Of a DNA stretch of 64,000 nt, positions 25,206-37,388 are shown one piece after another. Position 1 is the stretch's first letter, and every line of letters starts with the position of its first letter. The notes beneath the pieces were generated by a model. The model saw nothing but the letters and a program-made list of their open reading frames with translations. It made no database searches and was not told the origin of the DNA. This stretch comes from Octopus bimaculoides (taxonomy: Eukaryota), in the NCBI RefSeq assembly GCF_001194135.2, contig NC_068984.1, forward strand, positions 101,809,787 to 101,873,786, read 5' to 3'. The position numbers and the translations under genes are program-made.

Positions 25206-27469
25206 CAACAAACGAGATGAGGACCAATATCCGTCAAATGTAAATAATGTAAATAATGTGCATAATTCCTCATCTCTTAAATATAGAACTGAATAGGTAC
25301 AAGGCCTGAAATTTGAGGTGAGGGGACTAGTTGATTACGTTGACCCCAGTGTTTCACTGGTACTTAATTCATCAACTCCAAAAGGACGAAAGACATAGTT
25401 GACCTCGACAGAATTTGAACTCAGAACATAAAGACCAATGAAATGCTGCTAAGCATTTTGCCTGGCATGCTAATGGTTCTGTCAGCTCACCACCCTTCTT
25501 TTTAAATTAACAAAAATAAATGAAACAAAAAAAGGATCTTATTGTTTATTTGCCTTCTTTTTGTTTTCTGTCCTTGTATTTTTAAACTGACTAGCCAATA
25601 TCAATTCCATGACAAGATGGTAAAGCAAGAGACTAAATGTACAACAGCTTCTGGTTTCATTAACTTTTTGTTGCAAAGTTATAATCTCACTAGAATCCAC
25701 TTCTTCTATCCTTCCAGAATAAAATAAGTATCAGCAATATATTGGGATGGTTACTAACAATTAGTCATATACACATGTAAAATGTTCTGTAAAATAGCTA
25801 CACATGATTAAAGGTCAGATTACTGTTAGACTTTACTGAGGAAGTTGAATCATTATGAAACATTCAACAGAGGAGACACTATGCAGACTCTGCAAACAAA
25901 GGCGGATGAGAGGAGTACACATGAATGTCAACCTAAAATCAGTGCATTTACAGTTCCATGTGGTTAAAATTTCTACAAGCACCAATTGGTAAACTACAAA
26001 GGTAGAATGTACTGAGTGACCAAAATGCTGAAGATAATGGTAACAGTTTTAAAAACAATTTGGGCCGAGCTCAGTGCCAAAGATAATGGTAACAGTTTTA
26101 AGAACAATCTTGGAAAAGGCGAATATGACAACCTACAATATTGATGATATTCTTGTAGCTGAAGTAACAGTGACAGTAAAAGAGGTGAGAGGCCATCTCA
26201 TAAACTATGGATTGACCATAGAGTCATTGGAATCTTTGGAAGAAAGGCAATACTGGGACTTGAACAGAATGGAGAGAACTGATCTTCTAGAGGGAGAATT
26301 AGATCCTATAGGTGAGTCACGAGTAAAGTAAGTAGGCACTGCTTTCTGTGAGTGGAAAACTAAATGGGCCCTACTTTAAATGCAAAACCGTCACACTGAC
26401 ATAAAATATCATTATTTCCAGAAATAAGTCGAAGCCATAGAAATCTAAACTAAATGCCCTACCAGGCAGTGTTCAATAGAATGACATCTAAAACTATATT
26501 GCAATCGATTCTACTGATTACATGTCCAGTGTAAGAAATTTTTATTTTCAAGGGTCAAAACAAATGAATCTGTAAGAAAATGATCAAAAGAAGGGTGAGT
26601 TGATATAAGGATTACCTATAAGGTTTAGCAGCTAAAAAGAAATCATTCCATCTACATCAATTTCAAACAGACAATGACCAGCAAAAGTTCAACTGAACAT
26701 AAACCAAATCAGTACCACCAGTTTCAGGGGTCCTTTGACAGTCATCAGTTCCACCTCCACCTTCTTCTAATTTAAGTTATCAAAAGAAATATATATTTAA
26801 TATAACCAAAAGACTTAAACATGGAAATTAGCTGAACTAGGATTGTATGCTTAGGTGTGGCTGTGTGATAAGAAGTTTGCTTCACAACCACACAGTTACA
26901 GGTTCAGTCCCACTGTGTGACACCTTGGGCAAGTGTCTTCTTCTATAGCCTAGGGCTGACCAGTCTTTTGAGTGATAGACGAAAACTGAAAGAAGCCTGT
27001 TATGTGAGTAAGTGAGTGAGTGGGCATGAGTGAGTGAGTGGACAAGAGTGAGTGAGTGAGTGTCTAGTCATGGGGAATTATTACTTTACTCAGAAATAGG
27101 TGAGGGGTTCCATCAATAAGTTTATTCAATTGAAGAAAATCTGTCTCAACAAATTCCATCCAACCCATACAAGCATAGAAAAATGGACGTTAAACAATGA
27201 GGATGAAGAATTAAAAACTGTTACAGATTCATGTTGCTAGGAGTTCCCTATCATTCGATTGCTTTTACAAATGCAGTAAGGAATTATAACATTGCTGGAA
27301 AGCTACGTTGTGTAACAGATATGAATGAATTATTTTCAGGGTATGGTATTTAATTCATCCCTAGAGCAAAATTAACTGGCAGGATTTGAACTTGAAAGGT
27401 AATGGTATCCAACTATACAGAACAGCATGATACCATTTCTGATTTTTGACCGTTATTTGCATGAAGAAT

Positions 27470-28020
27470 TCTTTTATTCTTTTACTCGCTTCAGTCATCT
27501 GACTGCAGCCATGCTGGAGCACCGCCTTAAAGGGTTTTAGTCTAAGAAATCAACTCCAGGATTTATTCTTTGTAAACCTAGTACTTATTCTACTAATCTC
27601 TTTTTCCGAACTACTAAATTACGGGGACATAAACACATCAGCATCAGTTGTCAAGCAATGGCAGGAGGATGAACACAGACACACACACAAATAAATATAT
27701 ATACATATATATATGCTTTCAGTGCGACTGCTTCTGTTATATGGCACCGTATTTTACAATCCTGTATATAATGATGGTATTTTTATATATAAGCTTAAAG
27801 CTTATGGCAATCACCATGCAATGACTAAGGAAAATAGTCTAATAATGAGGTATATAAGCCCTTGACAGGTTTCTTTCAGTTTCCATCTACCAAATCTACT
27901 CACAAGGCTTTGGTCAGTATGAGGCTATAGTAGACACTTGGCCAAGGTGCCACGCAGTGGGACTGAACCCAGAACCATGTAGTTGAGAAGCAAGCTTCTT
28001 GCCATACAGTCATGCTTGTT
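27470..28020 (-). mobile_element. tRNA-derived SINE with internal (CA/TA)n, interrupted by unrelated sequence
   Basis: TCAGTCATCTGACTGCAGCCATGCTGGAGCACCGCC ... CCAAGGTGCCACGCAGTGGGACTGAACCC; same family as 46120-46520. Further copies at about 20570, 23930, 26850, 30610, 32490, 35150 and 45480. Confidence 0.8.
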
Positions 28021-28271
28021 AACGTTTTTTTTTTTTTTAACATACACACAAGGTCAGACATCTTTAGGGAGGATGAAATTGATTAGATTTATCTTGGTAC
28101 TTATTGTAAAATTCAGCAGGAATTACAAGTTGTCCATGGCAGAATTTGACTTAAAATGTAAAATAACACTGTATAACAAAATTCATTTTTTTTTTTTTTT
28201 TTTTTTTTTTTGTCTTTGGTCAGTAAGTGTTAATTCCTATTTGCTTCAATTTAGAAATCAAAGGAAATGAC

Positions 28272-28592
28272 TACTATTCCCTTCAAACTTTGCTTTTGTG
28301 ACCTGGACATCAACAAAATGAAACTGACCTATTTTCCATTACATTTCAGACAGATTCAGTGCTGAATTGCTGAAACAGCAGTATCCTTATAGTAAATATT
28401 TTGCTCACTACCACAGATTTGTTTATCAGTTGCTTAACCTTAACCACTAGAGCATGTCCCTTAGTGGCTGACAATATGTGCATCTCTGATCATGAGCAGG
28501 AGTAGTGGGGAGGAACATCATAGCCATGTGTTGGGAGGGATGCTTTGGGGTGTGAATAAATGTAACAAAAGTAAAGTTTGAAGGAAATATTA
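28272..28592. mobile_element. MITE with ~28-bp TIRs, TA-bounded (Tc1/mariner-type inferred)
   Basis: TACTATTCCCTTCAAACTTTGCTTTTGT versus the reverse complement of ACAAAAGTAAAGTTTGAAGGAAATATTA (3 mismatches). Confidence 0.7.
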
Positions 28593-30983
28593 TCCACTTT
28601 TCATACTTTGTAGGGGTAAGCAAATAGAAAATAACAGTCAAGGACAAAAAATCAGGTCAGACAGTGATGATTTGATGGGATTGGTCAAATTGATGTTGAC
28701 ACCTCCGGTGAGAACCCAGTAAGGTTTGAAATTCAATTAAAGGTGTTCATCATTTTAATAACATGGTTACTGCTCTCAAGCTGAAACTAGTAAAAGATAA
28801 GAGATATACACTTTAGTATAGTTTGTCACTTCTATTCTACCATGTCTACCATTCACATAGCAATAAAAATGATTTTTAAGAGTGCTTGAATAAAAAAAAT
28901 AAAGTGAATTCATTTATTGTCAGAAAATTGGGGGCAATACTGAGATTGTTGAGTAACAGCAAAGAAAGATAAATGTTGAAAACTGAATTTTTCAGTCACA
29001 GCAAATCAACTCACTTCTATGAATTCACTTTTGCCAATGTAAAAACCAGAACCACCACTGCTATAAATTTCCCTGGAATGTGGGTCTTGCCTTAATGATT
29101 TCTAATTTGGGCGCCAGACCATACACATCTTTAGGAAAAGGTGGAGGAATCAATGGAACTGACCTTAGTAATTGGACTGTTTTTTTTTTTATCTCCCTCA
29201 GCAGAATGAAAGGCAAAGCTGACCAAGGAATATATCATTTCAGTGTAGTGTAGCATTCTGTTTCTGTTCTTGCATTGCTTCAATAATACTAATAATTCCT
29301 TCTACTATAGGCAATACTAATTATAATAGTAATAGTACTAGTACACCTAAATACTACTACTAGTAGTAGTAGTAGTAGAGCTGAAGATGTGAACAACTGA
29401 ATGTATATTCAGGTCAATCTATAGCAGTGTAAAATGAGAGGAAAGGAAAAAGGAATTGCTCAGCTACAAGTGACAAATCAATAGACAGTGTTGTTATTAT
29501 ACATCTAGGCTAATTTATCTGTTCCTCTCTAAAAACATACCTGTATTAGTTGAAATGAAATTTCTCTAAGTTCATTTTTATGTCCATTCTTACATGTATT
29601 GATGAGATGAATATGTTACAGTCAATCACAATATACAGAATTAGAAATCATTTTATTGACCACTGGAGGTTGAGGGTATGATCCCTACCTGTAGACAGAT
29701 AAAACTAAATATTAGAAGACATTTAGTCTAGCATGACATATTTACATCTACCACTTTAACAATAGTTAACATTTGTCTCTCTCTGACCTGTTTACATAAG
29801 GAGAAACCCATTTTGTAAGGGGTGGGTACTGTTGATTGAATTAACCTCAGTATACAAGTGCTATGATTACTGTGGGATGAAAAGTAAATATTGACATCAG
29901 CAGGGCTTGAGCTAAGAACATAGAAATCAAATGCTGTAGCCTTTTGCTCTAGATTTCCATGGTTTCTATGACTTAATTCTAGAAATAAGGATATCTAATG
30001 TTGGCATGACAGTCTAGCAATAGGGTAATAGGGAACCTGGCTGGTACTCCTTTGAACTGCTAAAGCTAGCTACCAAATCTCTCTAAAATCACAACTAGCT
30101 ATCTAAAGTGGTGTTGGGTGTATTGTGTCTAAGGAAAAAATAGGATGGTCATGGTTGCAATGCTTTTGATCATAGATCTGACCTGGAGTAAAGTAACAAC
30201 AGCGAGGAATTAGACAATAAAAAAAAAAACCCAGGAAAATAAATAAAACTCCCAAATGAATACTCAATTGTTCAGTACAATCAGAGCAGGAACAATGTTT
30301 GTCAACATTAACAGACAAACAGAATAGAAATGCCCTGGTATAACATGTTAACCCTCAAGCGTATATTTATAGATCACATTTATAGATCTATGATCTAGCA
30401 AGCAGCTTCAATGCATTGAATATGCAGTAATATATATTTATGATAGCTACATTGTGTTTACTTGTCTCTGTGTGTACTTTGTTATTGTAGCAATTGTAGG
30501 TTTTTAATATAAAGTATATTCAATGTTTGATAAAAATGAATACTACAAACTAAATATAACTATGTTTAAATGATATTCAGAAACAAACATTTTTTATAAT
30601 ATAGACATATATTATCTTTATCTTCAACTAGTTTCAGTCATTAGACTGTGACCATAATGGGACACCTCCTTGAACAATTTTTAGTTGAATGAATAGACCA
30701 CAATACTTATTTTTTTAAGCTTGGTACTTATTCCACCAGTCTCTTTTGCTGAACTGCTAAGTTATGGGGATGCAAACACACCAACACTGGTTGTCAAGCA
30801 TGGTGGTGGGCAAACAGACACAAAACACACACACACACAATAGGCTTCTTTCAGCTTCCGTCTATCAAATCCATTCACAAGGTTTTGATCAGTCCAAGGA
30901 TATAGAAGACACTTGCCCAAAGAGCCAAGAACCATGTAGTTGGGAAGTAAGCATAAGCATCTTACCACACAACCACGTCTGTG

Positions 30984-31029
<46 letters not shown>

Positions 31030-31109
31030 TACATACATACACACACGCATGTGTGTGTTGCAAAAGAAACTTTCTGTTGATAAAAATGACTTTACCTAAG
31101 GACTACAGA

Positions 31110-31740
31110 ATTGAATCAAGTCCTTTTCAAATGGCAAAGTACTAGGTCTTGACAATATACCAAAGGAAGTATGGAAAACAGTAGCACTCTTGAAGCCATT
31201 ACTTGAAGTAGTAGTTGAGTGAAAATATTTGACTGAAAAAAAAGGTCTAGTATTAATCTAAAAAAAAACAAAAAAACAGCAAGCCTTAGATATAAACAAA
31301 ACAGAGGTGTTTGTTTATTGGTTATTGCAGCTTAAATCTATAACAAAATGTTGCTTTTAAAGCATAAGCCCCTGAATAGAACTAGTTTTAAAACTCAACC
31401 AAAAATGCTTTTCTTCCAGGAAGATCAACATTATTACAAATTCTTGCATTACAAAATCTTATTGAAGGCATCAAGGATTAGAACCTAAAAATCACTTGTA
31501 GACTTTAGTGAAGCTTTTAACTTAATCCACAGTCAAACATGCAGATCTTCAGGGTGTATGGTATCCCAGGCACTATCAGATACAATCAACATTCTCTGTA
31601 AAGATACTATCAATCAAGTTTTATCACCTGATGGTGGTACCTATTTCTTTGAGATACTGGCAGGAGTACTACAAGATAACACGTGCACCTGCCCTGCTCA
31701 TTGTAGCATTGGAGTTCTCATTATGAACTGCAACATCAAA
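31110..31740 (+). mobile_element. Decayed LINE reverse-transcriptase fragment (RTE-like)
   Basis: Broken frames give KVLGLDNIPKEVWK, GRSTLLQILAL..LIEGIK, VDFSEAF, YGIP and VLSPDG.T.FFEILAGVLQ. Confidence 0.7.
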
Positions 31741-31921
31741 TGCAGAAGAAACAGGTTTCCAAATAACATTCCCCACCACCAAAAAAAAAAAAAAAACTCA
31801 TATTTTCTGTAATTCTATTATAGCACCAGGCTGACCAAAGCCTTACAAATGAATTTGGTAGATGCTAACTGAAAGAATCCTGTCATATGTGTGTGCATAC
31901 ATACATATATATATATATATA

Positions 31922-32087
31922 CAGGGTCGGCCCAAGGGTTGCTGGTGCCCCAGGCAAGCTGAACTTCAGCATGTGCAAGCTGAGAGTCGTGGAAATTTCC
32001 TTGTCTTTCTCACGCCCTCCTTGGCACCCCATAGCACATGGTGCTCCGGGCGACTGTCCAAGTTGCTGGTACCTTGAGCCAGCCCTG
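31922..32087. mobile_element. hAT-like MITE within a TA/TG microsatellite
   Basis: CAGGGTCGGCCCAAGG versus the reverse complement of CCTTGAGCCAGCCCTG (16 bp, 3 mismatches). TSD not resolvable. Confidence 0.65.
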
Positions 32088-33360
32088 TGTGTGTATGTGT
32101 ATGTCTGTATACACACACACACACGTCCATGTATTTAAATGTTCTCCAAATATCACAAGCTAAAAGCAGCAACACTGTTGTTATTTGCTTTGGGCATTTG
32201 AAGATATATGTAAATAAGAAAGAAATCCCTTACTCAGAAAATAATTGTTAGATAGCAACAGGAAGGACATCCTATTATAAAACAATGCCTCAATAATATA
32301 TTTAACATATACTAGCATAGAAACTAAATGGACATAAAAATGAATGAATGACCCAGTATTAAAATGGGTGGAACATACGAAATATGAGCTCTAGTTGCTG
32401 GAGAAGGCCCACCTTGAAAGAGAATGTGTTGCAGAGATGAGGAAAAACAAGAAAGTGTGGAAGAGATAGGAGTGTGCTTGACATGGCAAGACATATATAT
32501 TTATAGATAAGAAGCTTGCTTCACAACCACATGGTTCCGGGTTTAGATCCACTGCGTAGCATCTCAGCAAATGTCTTCTACTATAGCATATAGCCAACCA
32601 AAGCCTTATGAGCAGACTGTGTAAATGTAAACTGAAAGAAGTCTGTGTATATATACACATATACATATAAATAAGAGTGAGGGCACATGGTCTAGTGATC
32701 AGTGTGTTGCACTCACAATCTAGCAATCATGATTTCAATTCATAGATCAGGTAGTGTGTTGTGTTCTTGAGGAAAACCCTTCGTCTCGCATTGCTCTGTG
32801 ATCACTTCGACACCCGATGCATGGTACACAGTGCACTGGTTCAGACAATGTCGATTTGACAGAGAGGGTGAGCTAATGGGAGGCACAAACATCTGATCAC
32901 TATAAACAAATCATTTGTACAGGTCAAAAGCTGAAGGCTCATACAACGTCTTCGATGAAAGAGTTCACAATAAATATATACATATATACACACACACACA
33001 CACACGAGTGTGTGCCTTCGTGTCTGTGTTTGTTCCCCCACCACTGCCTGGCTACTGGTGCTGGTAGTGGTTTAGTGAAAGAGACCGATATAATACATAC
33101 ATGACTTTAAAACAATAAGTACTAGGGTCGATACATTCAACTAAAAATTCTTCAAGGTGATGCCTCAGCATGGCCGCAGTCTAATGACTGAAACAACCAA
33201 AAGATAAAACGGTATTGTTTACAACTTTTCTCTTATCCTAGAGGATTTTAAGCCAATATTTACACATTATCAGTTATAGCTTTACCTACTTCACATTCTG
33301 TGTGTGTGCAAGAGAGATTATATGTACATATATGTTTATACATATCCCCACCACCATATA

Positions 33361-34516
33361 CTGGGTTGGCAAGAAAGTAATTTCGGTTTTTTAGTGTGAA
33401 ATAAAAGTCATTTTTTTCATACAAAGAATGAACTTCAATCAATTTATATATTTTCCATTTTGTTCGATGACCTTTTGCCAGCTTTCTGGCAACTTCATTA
33501 TTCTGCACTCATAGAAAATCTGGTCTTCATCAGCCAAAAACTGGAGCAAGTGCGATTTCAGGTCAAAATCATTATTGAAAGTTTTACCATTCAGAGAATT
33601 TTGCAAACTTCAAAATAAATGGTAATCTGATGGTACAAGGTCAGGGCTGTATGGTGGATGTGACATCACCTCCCAACCAAGCTCCAATAATTTTTCTTTG
33701 ATTGCTTACTCCAGTTTCATTAGTTGTTGACAGTAAGCATCTGAATTGATGGCTTGGTTCCTTGGAAGCAGCTCAAAATACACAACACCTTTGTAATCCA
33801 ACCAAATTGACAGCATGACCTTTTTTTTGATGCAATTCAGCATTCAATGTGGTTTGTGTTGGTTCATCAGGCTTGGACCAGGATCGTTTTTAATTGATGT
33901 TATTGTAGACAATCCATTTTAAATCACCAGTGATGATCCATTACAAAAGATGTTGACTTCATTGTGTTTGAGATGCATATCGCAAATATTGATTTGTTAC
34001 ATTAAGTGAATTTCTTTCAATTTATGAAAAACCCAAATATTGAGCTTCTTTATGAGTCCAAGACATTTGAAGTGATTTTCAATTGCTGTGTGATACATTT
34101 AACTCCTCTGCAATCTCTCACAAAGTTACATGACAATCAGATTCAATTATGGCTTTGATTCAGTCAGTATCAACTTCAGTAGGTCGACCAGAATGTTGGT
34201 CATCTTTGAGAGAAAAATCTCCAGAACAGAATTTAAAAAATTATTTCTGACATGTGTGTTCTGTTAAGCAATCAACACCATAAACTTCACATATCTCTTT
34301 GTGAGCCTCAGCAGCTTTCTTACCTTTATGGAAATAAAAAAGCAAAATATGGTGAAAGTATTCGCTTTTGCACTCCATGTTAAAATTCACACTGAACTAA
34401 CAGCTGTAAACGACTATCAAATGTGAAATGGAAAAAAAATCATAATATTGACAAAAGTCATTCAAAAAAATCTTAACTTTATTTGTGAAAAACAAAATTA
34501 CTTTCTTGCCAACCCA

Positions 34517-34517
<1 letters not shown>
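33361..34517 (-). mobile_element. Mariner element with perfect 23-bp TIRs, TA TSD and decayed transposase
   Basis: CTGGGTTGGCAAGAAAGTAATTT at 33361-33383 and its exact reverse complement at 34495-34517, with TA on both sides. Minus strand about 33610-33690 reads ELGWEVMSHPPYSPDLVPSDYHLF*. Confidence 0.93.
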
Positions 34518-34583
<66 letters not shown>

Positions 34584-35327
34584 CATTTTTAATGACCAAC
34601 TTCTATACTGGCATGGTTGGGTGGTCTAACAAGATCAGACAGAGAACTGTGTTGTGTTGCAGTGTCAGCTTTAGCATGGGTTCTATAGCTTGATGCACTA
34701 CAGAGTGTACTGGGAGCTTTGTTTTTTTCTCTTTATTTTGTGGCAGTAGTACAAGTGGGGTTCCATGTAGCTCACAAGATAATGATCCCTTTCAACTGGA
34801 GTGGAGGTGGGTAATGCTCAGTAGAGAGGGTGGATGCTTTATGGAAGATGAGCAGTTACAATATGAAAGATTTGAATACAACAGGATTCTTGTATTATAC
34901 AAGAGTCACAGTAATTAGTGTGGAACTGGAAAGAGAGATAAAGATGGTGTTACTGAGATGTCAGGATGGACCTTGGGAACAGAACAGGAAGGGAGACTAG
35001 ATAGAGGTGGTAAGAGTGTATGAGGCATATGAGGGTTAGAGATGGCATAGGAGGAGGAGACAATAGCCTGAACAATGAGTAAGGGTTGAAGGGGAACAAT
35101 ATGTTTATGCATATTATACATGCATATATGTGCACACACACAGTCGAATGAACTGACCCCAGTATTTTTTCTTTTGTAAGCCTGATACTATTCTATCGAT
35201 CCCTTCTGGCAAAATTGCTAAGTTACAGGGATGTAAACACACCAACACCCGTTGTCAAGCAGTGGTAGGAGACAAAAACAAATACAAAGATATACACATA
35301 CACCCAGAACCACACTAATTGCTTAGG

Positions 35328-35364
<37 letters not shown>

Positions 35365-36178
35365 GGGCTTCTTTCAGTTTCTGTCTGCTAAATCCACTCA
35401 CAAGGCTTTGGTCCGACCGAGGCACTAGAAGACACTTGCTCAAGGTGCCTCTCTGTGGGACAAAACCTGGAACTATGCGATTGGTAACTAAGCTTCATAC
35501 TACACAGCCACGCATGTCTTACATTATTTGATGACTGTGTTAGGTTTTAGAAACAATATTTAATGATCTAAATGAAAATCCTCTGAGAAAGATGAGTATA
35601 TTAAAATTTCATTCGCATGTCACCTATTTTTAATGAGTGGATAACAACAAAACCATAAGCAAGGTGTGTTATCAAATTTTGGCATAAGGTCAGCAGCTTT
35701 TGAGGGGAAGGGTGACTAGTCGATTACATCGATCTACAGTTCTTGACTGGTACTTATTTCATCAACCCCGAAAGGATGAAAGACAAAGTCGACCTCGGCG
35801 GAATTTGAACTCGGAACGTAATGACAAGAAATGCAGTTAAGCATTTTGACTGGCGAGCTAACGGTTCTGCTAGCTCGCCACCTTACGATAACAAAATATC
35901 ATAGCCAAAAATACAAGTTTTACATTGTCTATCATAAGTTTTTTGACAAAAATATAAACAACTAACTATATAGTTGATCTGAAAGAAGATGAAATACGTT
36001 ACTCGTATAACGTAGTTTATGTATGATAAATTTATGGTTTCATACTTTATTCCATTTATGCTATCACAGAATTCAGTCTACTTGTACAGAATCATACATT
36101 TTCCTTACAAAACCATTTTAACATATCTTTCAATAGGTATATGATGAAACGTACTAAATTCGTTTTCCCTCTCAAAAT

Positions 36179-37388
36179 GCTTGATGAGGTTCGTATGAGT
36201 TTAGTAAGTAAATCAATATATCCAACTATTTTACTTTGTTTATTTGTTGCAGCTAGTGGACTACAGTTATACTGGGACATAGCCATCAAGGGCTTTCAGT
36301 TAGTTATAATGACCCCCACATTTTAGTCTGGTAATAGTTTATCCATCAATATTTGTGCAACCACGATCTCAAAAGAGAGATAAAAGATGATATATAGACA
36401 CACACACACACGTTTATATATAAACGTGTGTACACAGATATAGGTTTATAAACGCATAAACATTCCTATTTTCAATGCAAGCACGAGTTAAACCAGTGGT
36501 TCTCGACCGGAGTCCATATAAGATTTTGGGGGTTCACGCAAGCAAAACAGTAAATTGGGGATCCACAGTAGTAATATTAAGGCTCCCTGGAAAAAAATGC
36601 GCGTTAAACGTATTTACTGCAAGAATCAGCTAGATTTCTTTCTCTAACATTTTACATAGTTCAACCTACACAAGTTAATGTGTGAAAAAAATCTGTAAAA
36701 CTAGTTTTTAATTATAGAATGGCTATGGAGTTCACCAAAATAGAATATTAACCAAAGGGGTCAAGAGATGAAAATGGTTGAGAACCACTGAGTTCGGCGA
36801 ATATATACTACTGAAGCATTGCTTTACACATAGATGCCATTCCTGTTGCTAACCTTTGTGTCTTTTTCAGAAAAGGGGCCTCTTATTCTACACGACTTTG
36901 AAATTGCATAGCCAGCAGGTAATTTGTTGAAAAGGCAATGACAAATTTCATCGCTTGTAGCTCGGCAATTTTTAGCGCACAGCATACAAGATTAAAACAA
37001 ACAGATACACCTACACACACGCATGATGCTCTTCATACAGCTCCTGTTTACCAAATTCACTCTAAAGGCATCGGTTAACCTAGGGTCACAGAGTATATAT
37101 ATATACACAATACACATACACAAACGCATAGACAATGGCCACAGCCCCAATGAATACAATAATTAGAGCCAGTCAGACTTGCTTGATGAGGTTCGTATGA
37201 GTTTAGTAACTAAATCAATATATCCAGCTATTTTACTTTGTTTATTTGGTGCAGCTAGTGGACTATAGTTATACTGGGACATAGCCTTCAAGGGCTTTCA
37301 GTTAGTTATAATGACACCCACATTTCAGTCTGGTAATAGTTTATCCATCAATATTTGTGCAACCACGATCTCAAAAGAGAGATAAAAG
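36179..37388 (+). repeat. 208-bp direct repeat pair (36179-36386 and 37181-37388)
   Basis: By-eye alignment shows about 7 substitutions and no indels; period 1002 bp. Confidence 0.9.
36494..36790. mobile_element. hAT (Charlie-like) MITE
   Basis: Termini CAGTGGTTCTCGACC and GGTTGAGAACCACTG. The 8-bp flanks match only partly (AGTTAAAC / AGTTCGGC). Confidence 0.8.

Larger units (their letters stand above)
24911..25292 (-). mobile_element. Non-autonomous Penelope-like element: tRNA-like head + hammerhead motif + inverted terminal arm, 11-bp TSD
   Basis: ATAGGTACAAG is duplicated at 24900-24910 and 25293-25303. Arms of ~100 bp (24912-25014 and 25151-25250) are inverted. A tRNA-like A/B box lies on minus at about 25071-25141. 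Confidence 0.75.
24885..25495 (-). mobile_element. Meta-core SINE split by the hammerhead-bearing insertion
   Basis: The reverse SINE tail TTTCTACTATAGGTACAAG resumes at 25293 as ATAGGTACAAGGCCTGAAATTT..GGTACTTAATT..GAATTTGAACTCAG. Confidence 0.8.

Noticed and set aside
27227-27352. Plus-strand open stretch FMLLGVPYHSIAFTNAVRNYNIAGKLRCVTDMNELFSG with possible splice signals
   Set aside because: Weak polypyrimidine tract, no recognisable homology and no partner exons.
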